Below, piece after piece: positions 19,103 through 27,370 of a stretch of 64,000 bases of DNA. Each line of letters opens with the position of its first letter. Within the stretch, counting starts at the first letter, position 1. The notes under the pieces were generated by a model, which saw only the letters and a program-made list of their open reading frames with translations, was not told the DNA's origin and ran no database searches. The translations under genes were made by a program, and so were the position numbers. This DNA is from Longimicrobiales bacterium (lineage in GTDB: Bacteria; Gemmatimonadota; Gemmatimonadetes; Longimicrobiales; Gaopeijiaceae): NCBI GenBank assembly GCA_028279425.1, contig JANQNV010000132.1, positions 19,015-83,014 on the forward strand. The letters run 5' to 3'.

Positions 19103-19261
19103 GGCGAGGTCTCCGACGGAGTGGACGATCCCGAAGGGCCCGATGCACCGCAGGCGTCTGCGGAGTGGCCCCGGCGCCACCGTATCGGCGGGGTGGGCGC
19201 CAGGCAAGCGCTGGCCCTGGCCCCGCGTCGAGTCGCACTTCGGAGCGTCGTTGCGGGTCGG

Positions 19262-20494
19262 ATGGAGCACAGCATAGGATCAGGTGTGCTCCTCGACTCT
19301 TCCCTGGCTCGCGCTGGCTTCATGGCCGGCCCAGTGTGGCTCATCGTCGCGAGTGCCTGCGGTAGCGAGACGCCCGTTGCCGATCCGCGGGCGGTCGTTT
19401 CCGACAGCGCCGGCGTACCGGTCGTCGTGAATCCGATGGCGGCCGAGGCTCCAGCCGTCTGGGCGATCTCGGAGTCTCCGACCCTGGCCATCGGCGAGGT
19501 GGAGGGCTCCCTGCCAGCGATGCTGGCGGAGGTGCGCGGTGCGACGCGTCTCACGAGCGGCGTGATCGTGGTTGCCGACGGCGCTTCCAACGAGCTTCGG
19601 GCGTTTTCTCCGTCGGGCGATCACCTGTGGACGGCCGGTGGCAAGGGAGGCGGTCCCGGCGAATTCATGGCCATCCAACTGGCCGGGCGCCTCCCGGGTG
19701 ACTCGCTCGTGGCGACCGATGGGTGGCTGGCGCGAGTAGGCGTCTTTGACTCAGCGGGCAAGCTCGCCCGCCTGTACGACATCCCCGATGAGGTGAGGGC
19801 TCTGCCCGCAGGGGTGCTAGACGACGGCTCGGTCGTGTTTACGCCCCTCGGCCTCGAAGGCGAGGACGCTCTGGTCACCGGCATGTACCGCGGCCGGCAG
19901 GTAGTGCCGGTGCTCGATGGGGTGGGCGACGGCGTGTGGACCCTGGGCCCGTTCCCGGGTCGAGAGTTCTACCGCGACCTCCAAGCGGGTGCGTGGATGG
20001 AGGCGGTCCTCGGCCGGCGCCTGCACGCATCCGCGGCGGGCGACGTCGTAGCGGTCGCCAACGACGATGCGTACCGGATTCGCGTGTACGACGGCACGGG
20101 CGGGCTGGTGCGTGGCTTCACGCTCGAGGTGGGCCTGCGTGCCCCCGACCAAGGCGACTTCGACGAGGCCCTGGAGGCCGAACTCGCCACACTTCCGGGA
20201 GACCTTCAGAGGGCGTTTCTGCCCTACTTCGAGCAGATGAGCATTCCCCCCACCGCGCCGACCTTCTCGCGATTGGTCGTGGCGCAGGACGGACACATCT
20301 GGGTGAACGACTACTCGCATGGGCCGTCGCGTTCCGAGATCTGGCGCGTGTTCGATCGCGAGGGGTTTCTCGTGGCGGAGTCTACGATTCCCCCGGAACT
20401 CCGGCTCCTGGAGATCGGATCGGACCACGTGGTAGCGCTGGCCGCGGACGAGCTTGGCGTGGAGCGCGTGGTCGTGCACGCGCTGGAGCGGTAG
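19262..20494 (+). CDS. 6-bladed beta-propeller lipoprotein (start 19262 or 19322)
   Basis: Lipobox ASAC, DSAGV, GGKGGGPGEF, DELGVERVVV C-terminus. Confidence 0.8.
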   Translation: MEHSIGSGVLLDSSLARAGFMAGPVWLIVASACGSETPVADPRAVVSDSAGVPVVVNPMAAEAPAVWAISESPTLAIGEVEGSLPAMLAEVRGATRLTSGVIVVADGASNELRAFSPSGDHLWTAGGKGGGPGEFMAIQLAGRLPGDSLVATDGWLARVGVFDSAGKLARLYDIPDEVRALPAGVLDDGSVVFTPLGLEGEDALVTGMYRGRQVVPVLDGVGDGVWTLGPFPGREFYRDLQAGAWMEAVLGRRLHASAAGDVVAVANDDAYRIRVYDGTGGLVRGFTLEVGLRAPDQGDFDEALEAELATLPGDLQRAFLPYFEQMSIPPTAPTFSRLVVAQDGHIWVNDYSHGPSRSEIWRVFDREGFLVAESTIPPELRLLEIGSDHVVALAADELGVERVVVHALER

Positions 20495-20506
20495 GGAAGC
20501 GTCGGA

Positions 20507-21348
20507 TCAACCTGGTTCGATCGCGTACTGTACCAGTTCCACCTGGTGCAGTGCTCCTCTCTCGGCCACCCAAAGCGTGTCGGCTCGGACCGAGAGGATG
20601 GTGGTTCGAACGGCGAGCCTGACCGTACCGTCGTACTCCCCCTCGGCGCCGAAGATGTCGAACGTCGGGCTCTCGACCCAGCACAGCGGGGTCCGACCGA
20701 AGCAGTTGGAGTGGAGTCGATGAGCCACGACGTAGCGCTCGACCCAAACGCGCCCCGCGTCGCCCACGAGGAGGCGCCGGAAGGCTGGCTTCGTGTCGGG
20801 AATCGGGAAGGATTGGCCCGTGGCTGCCTCGACGCGTCGAAGCGCCGTCCTCCAATTGGTGCGCTCGTCGGGCTGCACCGGCTGCGGACTCCATGCCCGA
20901 CGCACTCGCACCACGCGGTCTTCAGAGTAGACGTCGAACCGATACTCGTCGCTTCGCCCGATGGCCATCTTCCCGCCACGGCCAATGTCGGATTCGGTTC
21001 GGGCCGGGAAGTTGACGTACCGGTTGATTCGGTACGCCGCGTGCGAGGCTTCTGGGAGTGGTAGTGCTAGGAGCGGATCCACCTGACTTCGCCCGGTCCT
21101 TCGCCTTCGCGGCCGAGGGCGTGTGCTCCCGACTCTTCGGACCGCAGGCGGAAGAGTTCTCGCAACGAAAGGTGATCGTCGGGCCCTTGCGATTCTGCGA
21201 TCACCGTTGCCCGCGGCGCGCGAGAACCGAGGCTTTCCTCCCCGGTGGGCACGGAGGGGTCACACGCGGCCAGGAGTAGGGACGCGACGAAGCACGTCGT
21301 CGTGGCGAACTCGAGCGCGCCGGAGCCGGCTTCTCCGAGACGATTCAT
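20507..21348 (-). pseudogene. Degraded beta-propeller lipoprotein gene split over two frames
   Basis: 21067-21348 carries lipobox LLAAC and GREGEGPGE then stops; 20507-21082 continues with the C-terminal half (PAFRRLLVGDAGRVWVE, FDIFGAEGEY) in another frame. Confidence 0.65.
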
Positions 21349-21478
21349 GTAGGGCGCAGGTGAGACACATCGATACGAATCGCAAGCTACCGGCCGCCTG
21401 ATCGAACGGCCAGAATGCGGCTGCGCTACGGCATCTTTTCACTGGCGTACAGACTGCGGGCGTCGCTAGGTTTGGCCG

Positions 21479-22624
21479 ATGATACATCGGGTGAGGAAGT
21501 GCTCGGGCGAGGGTCGTAGCAGGCTGGTCGCTCTCATCGTGGCTGCCGTCGCGGTCGGGTGCGGAGGTGATGACGCGCCCGATCGGGATCGGCTCCACGA
21601 GCCCGGTGAGGCGGTGGAATCGTCGGACCGGTCGAGCGCTGTCTTCGAATCGGTAGCCGACCTTGATCAGTGGGCCAAGCGACTCACCGGGGCTCGAGCG
21701 ACGACCGAGTTCGGGGCCCTCGACGATCGGGACCTCGGAGCCGTTCTCGGACGGGTCCTCGACGTGGAGGTCGATTCGGATGGTCGTGTGATCGTGGCCG
21801 ACGGGCTCTACCACGATCTCAAGGTCTTCAACCCGGCGGGGGAACTGCTCGAGACGGTCGGTCGGAACGGTCGAGGGCCTGGTGAGTTCATCGGACCCCT
21901 GGCCCTGCTGTGGACGTCACCCGGGGTGCTCGTCGTCTTTGACGACACGAGGCGCGCCACTCGGTTCGAGCGGGGGGTCGACGGGGCATTTCGCCTGATC
22001 GACACCTTCATGGCGGATGTCGGGGTCGAGCGGGCCTGCGTCGATGACGAGGGCATCTGGGTGCACGGGTTCAATGGCTCTGCGCTGGAGCGACTGCATC
22101 TGCTGGATCGCGAAACCGGCGCGCCTCTGCGCTCGATCGCTCCAGCGACGCCCACGGAGAACTCGTTCCTGACGCGCCGTCAGGCGCTGGGCTACCTGGG
22201 GTGCCGCCCCGAGCTGGGAATTCTGCTGACGTCGCGCTACTTCCCGACGATCCAGCGCCTCGACTCCACCGGCGCCGTGGCGTGGACGGACTCGATTCCC
22301 GGCTTCACCCCGATGGAGTTCACCGTCGTGGAGCGGGGCGGGCTGCGCCAGGGCATCGCAGAGGGCGCCGGGGGCTTCAACTGGGTCCTGAGTGCCGAGC
22401 TGTTGGATGCGCGTACGGCCCTCGTGCAGGTGGGGTGGCAGACGGTCGAGTCGTCGGAGGCGGACGTGAGGTATGCCTCCATCGAGAGCCACCTCGTGTC
22501 GTTCGACACCGGGCGATCGCAGCGGGTGCCACGCGAGCTACCGATCGTGATGCACGCCGACGAATCCGGCTTCTTCGCGGCGAGAGATGCACCCTTTCCA
22601 CAGGTGGTCCGCTTCGAGTACTGA
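21479..22624 (+). CDS. 6-bladed beta-propeller lipoprotein
   Basis: Lipobox AVGC, VGRNGRGPGEF, C-terminal PFPQVVRF. Confidence 0.8.
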   Translation: MIHRVRKCSGEGRSRLVALIVAAVAVGCGGDDAPDRDRLHEPGEAVESSDRSSAVFESVADLDQWAKRLTGARATTEFGALDDRDLGAVLGRVLDVEVDSDGRVIVADGLYHDLKVFNPAGELLETVGRNGRGPGEFIGPLALLWTSPGVLVVFDDTRRATRFERGVDGAFRLIDTFMADVGVERACVDDEGIWVHGFNGSALERLHLLDRETGAPLRSIAPATPTENSFLTRRQALGYLGCRPELGILLTSRYFPTIQRLDSTGAVAWTDSIPGFTPMEFTVVERGGLRQGIAEGAGGFNWVLSAELLDARTALVQVGWQTVESSEADVRYASIESHLVSFDTGRSQRVPRELPIVMHADESGFFAARDAPFPQVVRFEY

Positions 22625-22652
22625 GCCGTGGTCCTCGCCGTGGGTCGAGCGA

Positions 22653-23744
22653 GTGGGCTCTGCCGGTCGGCTTCGGCAGCGTTGCCGAGGCAGTCGACTC
22701 GCCCTCTTCTGGCCCGTCCTCGCGTCGGCCTGCTCACCCCCCGAGCCGGCGGCGTTCCCTTCGGGTCGGGCCGTCGTTCAGTCCATGGTGGGCGGAGCCG
22801 CCGCCGAGGGTGCTCTCGCATTCGGCGTGGTGAGCGGACTTGCGGTGTCGCCCGACTCGACGATCGCCGTAGCCGACGCGGCGGCAGGGCACATCGTGCT
22901 CATCTCGGCCGGAGGAGAGCTGATTGCCACACTCGGTGGTCGCGGTCAGGGGCCGGGGGAGTTCGAGGCGCTCGACGGCGTTGCGTTCGACGCTGGAGGC
23001 CGGCTGTGGGCGCGCGACAGGTCGCTGGGTCGCATTGCGGTATTCGGCGCCGATCTCGATGGGGGGGTCGAAACCCACCGGACTCCGTTTCCTCCTCGTC
23101 TTGTCCCGTGGCGCCCGGTGTTTCTCGATGGTCGGTACCTCGACTGGGAGCTCGATCGAGACAGTCTCCGGTACGGTGTGTCCGCCTTCCGTCTGCGCGA
23201 GGTCCTTCCCACGCCCCGCGTCGTGGATCGGCTCCGACTCGAGGAAGACCTGATACCAGGGTCCCTGCTCCGCCGCCCCTACGGCGCAGATCTGGAGTTC
23301 GCCGTGGACGGCAGCGGAGCGCTCTGGTGGGCGAGGACCGATCAGACCGTCGTCGTACGACGTCCGATAGGCGGTGGCTCGGTCCAGTCGACCGCGCTTC
23401 CGCTGTCGCTCGAACGGGTCGATCCGGAGGAGGCCGAGCGGATGGCACGAGGCTGGAGCACCACCTTCCATGTGTCGCCCAACGAGGTGGCGCCACACCA
23501 TCCCGCGATTCTGCGCCTGATCGTCGATCCCCGGGGGGGCGTTGCCGTGTTGGCTCGCTCGCCGGAGCACGCGTTTGGCCAGGTCTTGCTGAGATTCGAG
23601 GACGGGGCGGCGCGGGCCTATGAACTGCCTCTCCGACTCGAGTCGAACCCAGCCCCGGTTCTGAACGGTTCGACCCTGGTTGGCGTTTCGCGTGATCCGT
23701 CGGACGCGGCACGTATCGTGTCTCTCGGGCTGCGTGCCTCCTGA
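22653..23744 (+). CDS. 6-bladed beta-propeller lipoprotein (start uncertain)
   Basis: Lipobox LASAC, LGGRGQGPGEF, NHL-like blade repeats. Confidence 0.75.
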   Translation: MGSAGRLRQRCRGSRLALFWPVLASACSPPEPAAFPSGRAVVQSMVGGAAAEGALAFGVVSGLAVSPDSTIAVADAAAGHIVLISAGGELIATLGGRGQGPGEFEALDGVAFDAGGRLWARDRSLGRIAVFGADLDGGVETHRTPFPPRLVPWRPVFLDGRYLDWELDRDSLRYGVSAFRLREVLPTPRVVDRLRLEEDLIPGSLLRRPYGADLEFAVDGSGALWWARTDQTVVVRRPIGGGSVQSTALPLSLERVDPEEAERMARGWSTTFHVSPNEVAPHHPAILRLIVDPRGGVAVLARSPEHAFGQVLLRFEDGAARAYELPLRLESNPAPVLNGSTLVGVSRDPSDAARIVSLGLRAS

Positions 23745-23936
23745 CCGCACGACTGTACCCCGTCCCGTCGCGCGGGCCTCCGTTGTCCGAGATTGGGGAC
23801 GGAGGCGGGCCACAGAGGACGAAACGTGGCGGCCCTATGCGGCCGACTCGTAGGGCACGCTTCTTGTGATGAACGTTGTCGGAACGACCCTGGATCGAAG
23901 CCGAAGACGCGGCTGACTACGAGTGTGGGGACGCAA

Positions 23937-24359
23937 ATGAACGGGCTCACAATTGCCTTGCTCGCGACTGCCGTCGCGGTGGCAAGTACGACGATCACCC
24001 CTGCTCCCCTTGAGGCGCAGGTACCGGTCACCCTCGCCGAGCTCCGCGGGGCCGAGGCGAGGGCGGCCCGACTCGAGCGGACGGCGGCGCGCGAGCGACG
24101 CGTGGCACGCAGGGCGACTCGAACGGCGCGGCTGGCCAGCACACGCGCTCGCAGAAGTAACGCGGACTGGAGCGACCGATCGAGGGCGAGGCGGTTGGAG
24201 ACTCGGGCGCGCTCCCTGCGAGGTGCTGCGTTGCGAGCAGAAGGGCAGGCGCGGCGGGCGCACGAGAACGCGGCCCGCCTGCGCCGCGCCTATCCCTTGC
24301 CGAGGCTGAACATCCCGGTGCCCCCCACCCCCCGGAGTCCCTCTTCGCCGGGCAGCTAG
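23937..24359 (+). CDS. Small exported Arg/Ala-rich helical protein
   Basis: Signal peptide ending PLEA-Q; two similar helical units; hairpin immediately downstream. Confidence 0.5.
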   Translation: MNGLTIALLATAVAVASTTITPAPLEAQVPVTLAELRGAEARAARLERTAARERRVARRATRTARLASTRARRSNADWSDRSRARRLETRARSLRGAALRAEGQARRAHENAARLRRAYPLPRLNIPVPPTPRSPSSPGS

Positions 24360-24367
24360 AACGTAGA

Positions 24368-24397
24368 ACGCCCCGGAGCCGTCGGGCCCCGGGGCGT
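24368..24397. terminator. GC-rich hairpin between convergent transcripts, probable terminator
   Basis: ACGCCCCGG...CCGGGGCGT inverted repeat between the ORF ending at 24359 and the tRNA 3' end. Confidence 0.55.
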
Positions 24398-24407
24398 CAC
24401 CAAGAAG

Positions 24408-24481
24408 CGCCTCCTCCAGGACTCGAACCTGGGACACCCTGATTAACAGTCAGGTGCTCTAACCAACTGAGCTAAGGAGGC
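24408..24481 (-). tRNA. tRNA-Asn(GTT), CCA not encoded
   Basis: GCCTCCT TAGCTCAGTTGGTTAGAGC A CCTGA CT GTT AA TCAGG ... CCAGG TTCGAGT CCTGG AGGAGGC G cloverleaf. Confidence 0.97.
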
Positions 24482-25104
24482 AGACTACCCCAATTCTGGG
24501 GAGCCGAAACCATACCCGGATCGCCAGAGGGTGTCAATCGGTCCAGGGCGTCGAGCGTGTGGCCCAGCATGCGCCCCACCGCGGGGCTCACATCGTAGGC
24601 ATCGTCCCATATCCGGGTGTAGGCCGAGGCCAGTCGGCGCGCGTCCGGGCCGGTCACCTCGAAGGCCATTCGCGGACCCCGTCGGCCGGGTCCGGTCTCC
24701 AGCCAGTGCGGCCCGATCAGTGCCACCGGGGCCGTCCTGACCCCATGGAATAGCGTGAAGTCGGGGGCCCACGTGGCCAGCGGCGCCGATCGCACCTCCA
24801 CTCGCCCAGAGCGGATCCCCTCGATGAGCGCGCGGAGCTGCGGCTCGCGGCGTGGGTTCAGCAACGCGCGATGCGTCTCTACTTCCCAGGCAGCCGTCGT
24901 CAGCTCGGTGAGTACGATGCGGAGGGAGCGCACTTGGTCCAGATCACCCGGCTGAAGGCGAAGTGTGGCGATTCGGAGTCGGGTAAGCGCGATGTCGACC
25001 TTCGTCGACGTGGCCAGCAGGCCCCGGTAGACCACAGGAAATCGGGGACCGCTGCCTTCGATCAGGAGTCGGGCTTCCGATGAATGCGCTGCGTCTTCGA
25101 TCAT
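24472..25104 (-). CDS. Hypothetical protein, possibly a degenerate PLD-like fold
   Basis: Open frame between tdk and the tRNA; VEVRS..PDFTLF..ALIGPH..YTRIWDDA follows PLD-domain topology but has no HKD. Confidence 0.55.
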   Translation of the reverse strand: MIEDAAHSSEARLLIEGSGPRFPVVYRGLLATSTKVDIALTRLRIATLRLQPGDLDQVRSLRIVLTELTTAAWEVETHRALLNPRREPQLRALIEGIRSGRVEVRSAPLATWAPDFTLFHGVRTAPVALIGPHWLETGPGRRGPRMAFEVTGPDARRLASAYTRIWDDAYDVSPAVGRMLGHTLDALDRLTPSGDPGMVSAPQNWGSLPP

Positions 25105-25165
25105 GCACCAAGCTGGGCTCGCCAGCGGGGCGCAGGGAGGGTCCGATACGCCGTTCCTGCTCAGT

Positions 25166-25786
25166 TCACGGCAGGTCGAGCATCTCGGTCTGGCCGCGGT
25201 CTATGTGGGGCACCTCGTGGCACGCGCGGCAGCGGGCCTCGTAGCTCTCAGAGCCCCCGACCTGAATGGTCGGACCCTCGGCGGGGGCCGGGCGACCATC
25301 GATCAACCGCTGATTGCGCGAGGCGAGCTCACCACATTTCACACAGATTGCATGGAGCTTGTCGATCTTCTCGGCCACGGCCAGGAGCTGGGGGATCGGC
25401 CCGAAGGGCTCGCCCCGGAAGTCCATGTCGGTGCCGGCGACGATGACGCGCACTCCGCTGTCGGCCAGGTGGTTCGCCACTGCGACGATGCCTTCGTCGA
25501 GAAACTGCGCCTCGTCGACGGCCACCACCTGCGTGTCGCGCTCAACGTACTCTACTACCTGGACCGACCGGTGGATCGGGTGAGCCTCGAACTCACGACC
25601 GTCGTGTGTACCGATCCGATACACGCCGCCGTATCGGTCATCCAGGTGCGACTTGAACACCTGCACACGCTTCCGCGCGATCACGGCCCTTCGCACCCTG
25701 CGCAGCAGTTCCTCCGACTTGCCGCTGAACATCACTCCCGACACGATCTCGATCCAACCACGAGGGGCACCAGAGTAGGTGTTCAC
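25166..25786 (-). CDS. tdk: Thymidine kinase
   Basis: [29 protein letters not shown]...CRAC zinc site. Confidence 0.97.
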   Translation of the reverse strand: MNTYSGAPRGWIEIVSGVMFSGKSEELLRRVRRAVIARKRVQVFKSHLDDRYGGVYRIGTHDGREFEAHPIHRSVQVVEYVERDTQVVAVDEAQFLDEGIVAVANHLADSGVRVIVAGTDMDFRGEPFGPIPQLLAVAEKIDKLHAICVKCGELASRNQRLIDGRPAPAEGPTIQVGGSESYEARCRACHEVPHIDRGQTEMLDLP

Positions 25787-26387
25787 TGGCCAACCGGGGG
25801 TCGTGCCACGCGCGGCTCTCGAAGATTTAAATCGTTGTACGGATGGGGGATACAGCTATGGGCCCTTCTCCGCGGAGGGCCACGCCCTCGCCCGCGGTGC
25901 CATCGGTTCGCGCTCGGTAGGCGGAGACGGTCAGGCCCCCTCCACGCCGGCCGCGAGCACCTCATCGACGAGGTGGTCGAGTCTAGGCTTCACGCGACTC
26001 GGTGTCCAGCAGATCCGACCTTCCGTCGGGGCGCGATTCATGCAGCCAAGGCTCGCTCCCGCTCAGGGTCCCGCGAGATCCTCCCCGGCGTTTTTGGCGG
26101 AAACCGAGACGAAAAGCAAGAAACGTTACGCCGGCTTTGCTTGACAGTCGTTGGCATGCGCCCAAAAGTGGTTATGGTCTCTAAACATTTGGTTCTTTCC
26201 ATACGTCCAGGTCGATGCCCCGACCGGCCCCTCTGGTCGTGATCGCTCTGGGCTTCGGCTTCCCCCGGCATCTGCTCACCCCCCGTGGGCTGCAGAGGAC
26301 GTGCAAAGTGCTCATGAGCCAAATCACCTCGGCCGATGCTGCTCCAAAGTGTCGTAGTGATTGGTCTCCCGCGCGCGGGAGGCGCAC

Positions 26388-27143
26388 ATGAGCGCCACAC
26401 CGACCCCCCGAGCCGAGGGCTGGACCATTCAGAGCGTAGAGAAGCTTCTCGAATCGCTGACGGGCGTCGTGTCCGTGCGCATCGTGGCGAAGCCCGGTGG
26501 AGAGATCGAGGAGATCCACGTTCTGACCACCCTCGAGGTCTCGCCGAAGCAGACCGTCCGCAACATCGAGTCTGCCCTTCTGGCGCACTTCGACATCCAG
26601 ACCGACCATCGGCGTATTTCGGTTGCGCGCACGAGCGCGCACGCGAAACCCCAGGCCGACCCCGAGCCCACTCCCCTGCCCCAGGACCGCCTGAGCAGCG
26701 ATCCCGTGCCCCTGCGTGCGATTCAAGAATCGCCCGACGGAAGCCGATTCTTGTTCGTGGGTCATCAGGTAGAGTCAGAGCGGTCTCACATCGTCCGCAT
26801 GAGGGTCACCCTCATGCTCGGCGACCAGCGCTTCGAGGGTGAAGCGTCGGGGACTGGTCTCGCTCGGGCCCGGCTCGACACCGTAGCCCGCGCCACGATC
26901 GATTGCGTGGAGAAGGCTCTCGGTGCGGCGCGACAGGAGAATCAGCGACTTTCGATTCAGCTCGATGGAGTGAAATCGGTGGAAGCGTTCGACCGCAGCT
27001 TCGTGCTGGTGGCGGTGCACGCTCTCGCAGGACGAGACGTGCAGGTGCTCGCTGGTGCGGCAGCCATCGAGGATTCGCCGGATCGCGCTGTGATACTTGC
27101 GACGTTGCAGGCCACGGACCGCTGGGCCCGTGGCCGTTTGTAA
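26388..27143 (+). CDS. Hypothetical two-domain cytoplasmic protein upstream of the HD-GYP gene
   Basis: GGAGG RBS; IEEIHVL..SPKQTVRNIESALLAHFDI..DHRRISVA N-domain, Pro-rich linker, beta/alpha C-domain. Confidence 0.8.
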   Translation: MSATPTPRAEGWTIQSVEKLLESLTGVVSVRIVAKPGGEIEEIHVLTTLEVSPKQTVRNIESALLAHFDIQTDHRRISVARTSAHAKPQADPEPTPLPQDRLSSDPVPLRAIQESPDGSRFLFVGHQVESERSHIVRMRVTLMLGDQRFEGEASGTGLARARLDTVARATIDCVEKALGAARQENQRLSIQLDGVKSVEAFDRSFVLVAVHALAGRDVQVLAGAAAIEDSPDRAVILATLQATDRWARGRL

Positions 27144-27262
27144 TACCCGAACCAGGAGATACCCCCTCGGTCTGTCCATGAGCGAAGACGAGCGATAGAG
27201 CGGAGCGCAGCGACCTCTACTAGCGGAGAGGTCGACTCAGTCCAAAAAAGGAGGTGAGGAAT

Positions 27263-27334
27263 GTGCTCGACTCGATCTTCGATTTCTTTGGAGAGACGCT
27301 CGCGGTACTCGCCCGCGGCTTAATGAATTGGTGA
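27263..27334 (+). CDS. Unannotated 23-aa amphipathic micropeptide MLDSIFDFFGETLAVLARGLMNW
   Basis: Near-perfect Shine-Dalgarno AAAGGAGGTGA (27247-27257) before GTG 27263; stop lies 36 nt upstream of the HD-GYP ATG. Confidence 0.7.
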   Translation: MLDSIFDFFGETLAVLARGLMNW

Positions 27335-27370
27335 GTTGACTAGACCGGCCGAGGGGGCCACCTAACTGCG

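Noticed and set aside
21443-21458. Sigma54-like TGGCGTACAGACTGC upstream of a propeller gene
   Set aside because: GG-N10-GC spacing is correct but the match to TGGCACG..TTGC is weak and could be chance in high-GC DNA.
24408-24481. tRNA-Asn as an integration site with att duplication
   Set aside because: No duplicated tRNA 3' end or integrase was found in the window.
25790-26387. Possible c-di-GMP riboswitch or ncRNA in the long intergenic region before the HD-GYP locus
   Set aside because: GAAA and GCAAAG fragments are present, but I could not build the GEMM two-hairpin structure; an Rfam/Infernal scan is needed. The TTGACA at 26141 has no well-spaced -10.
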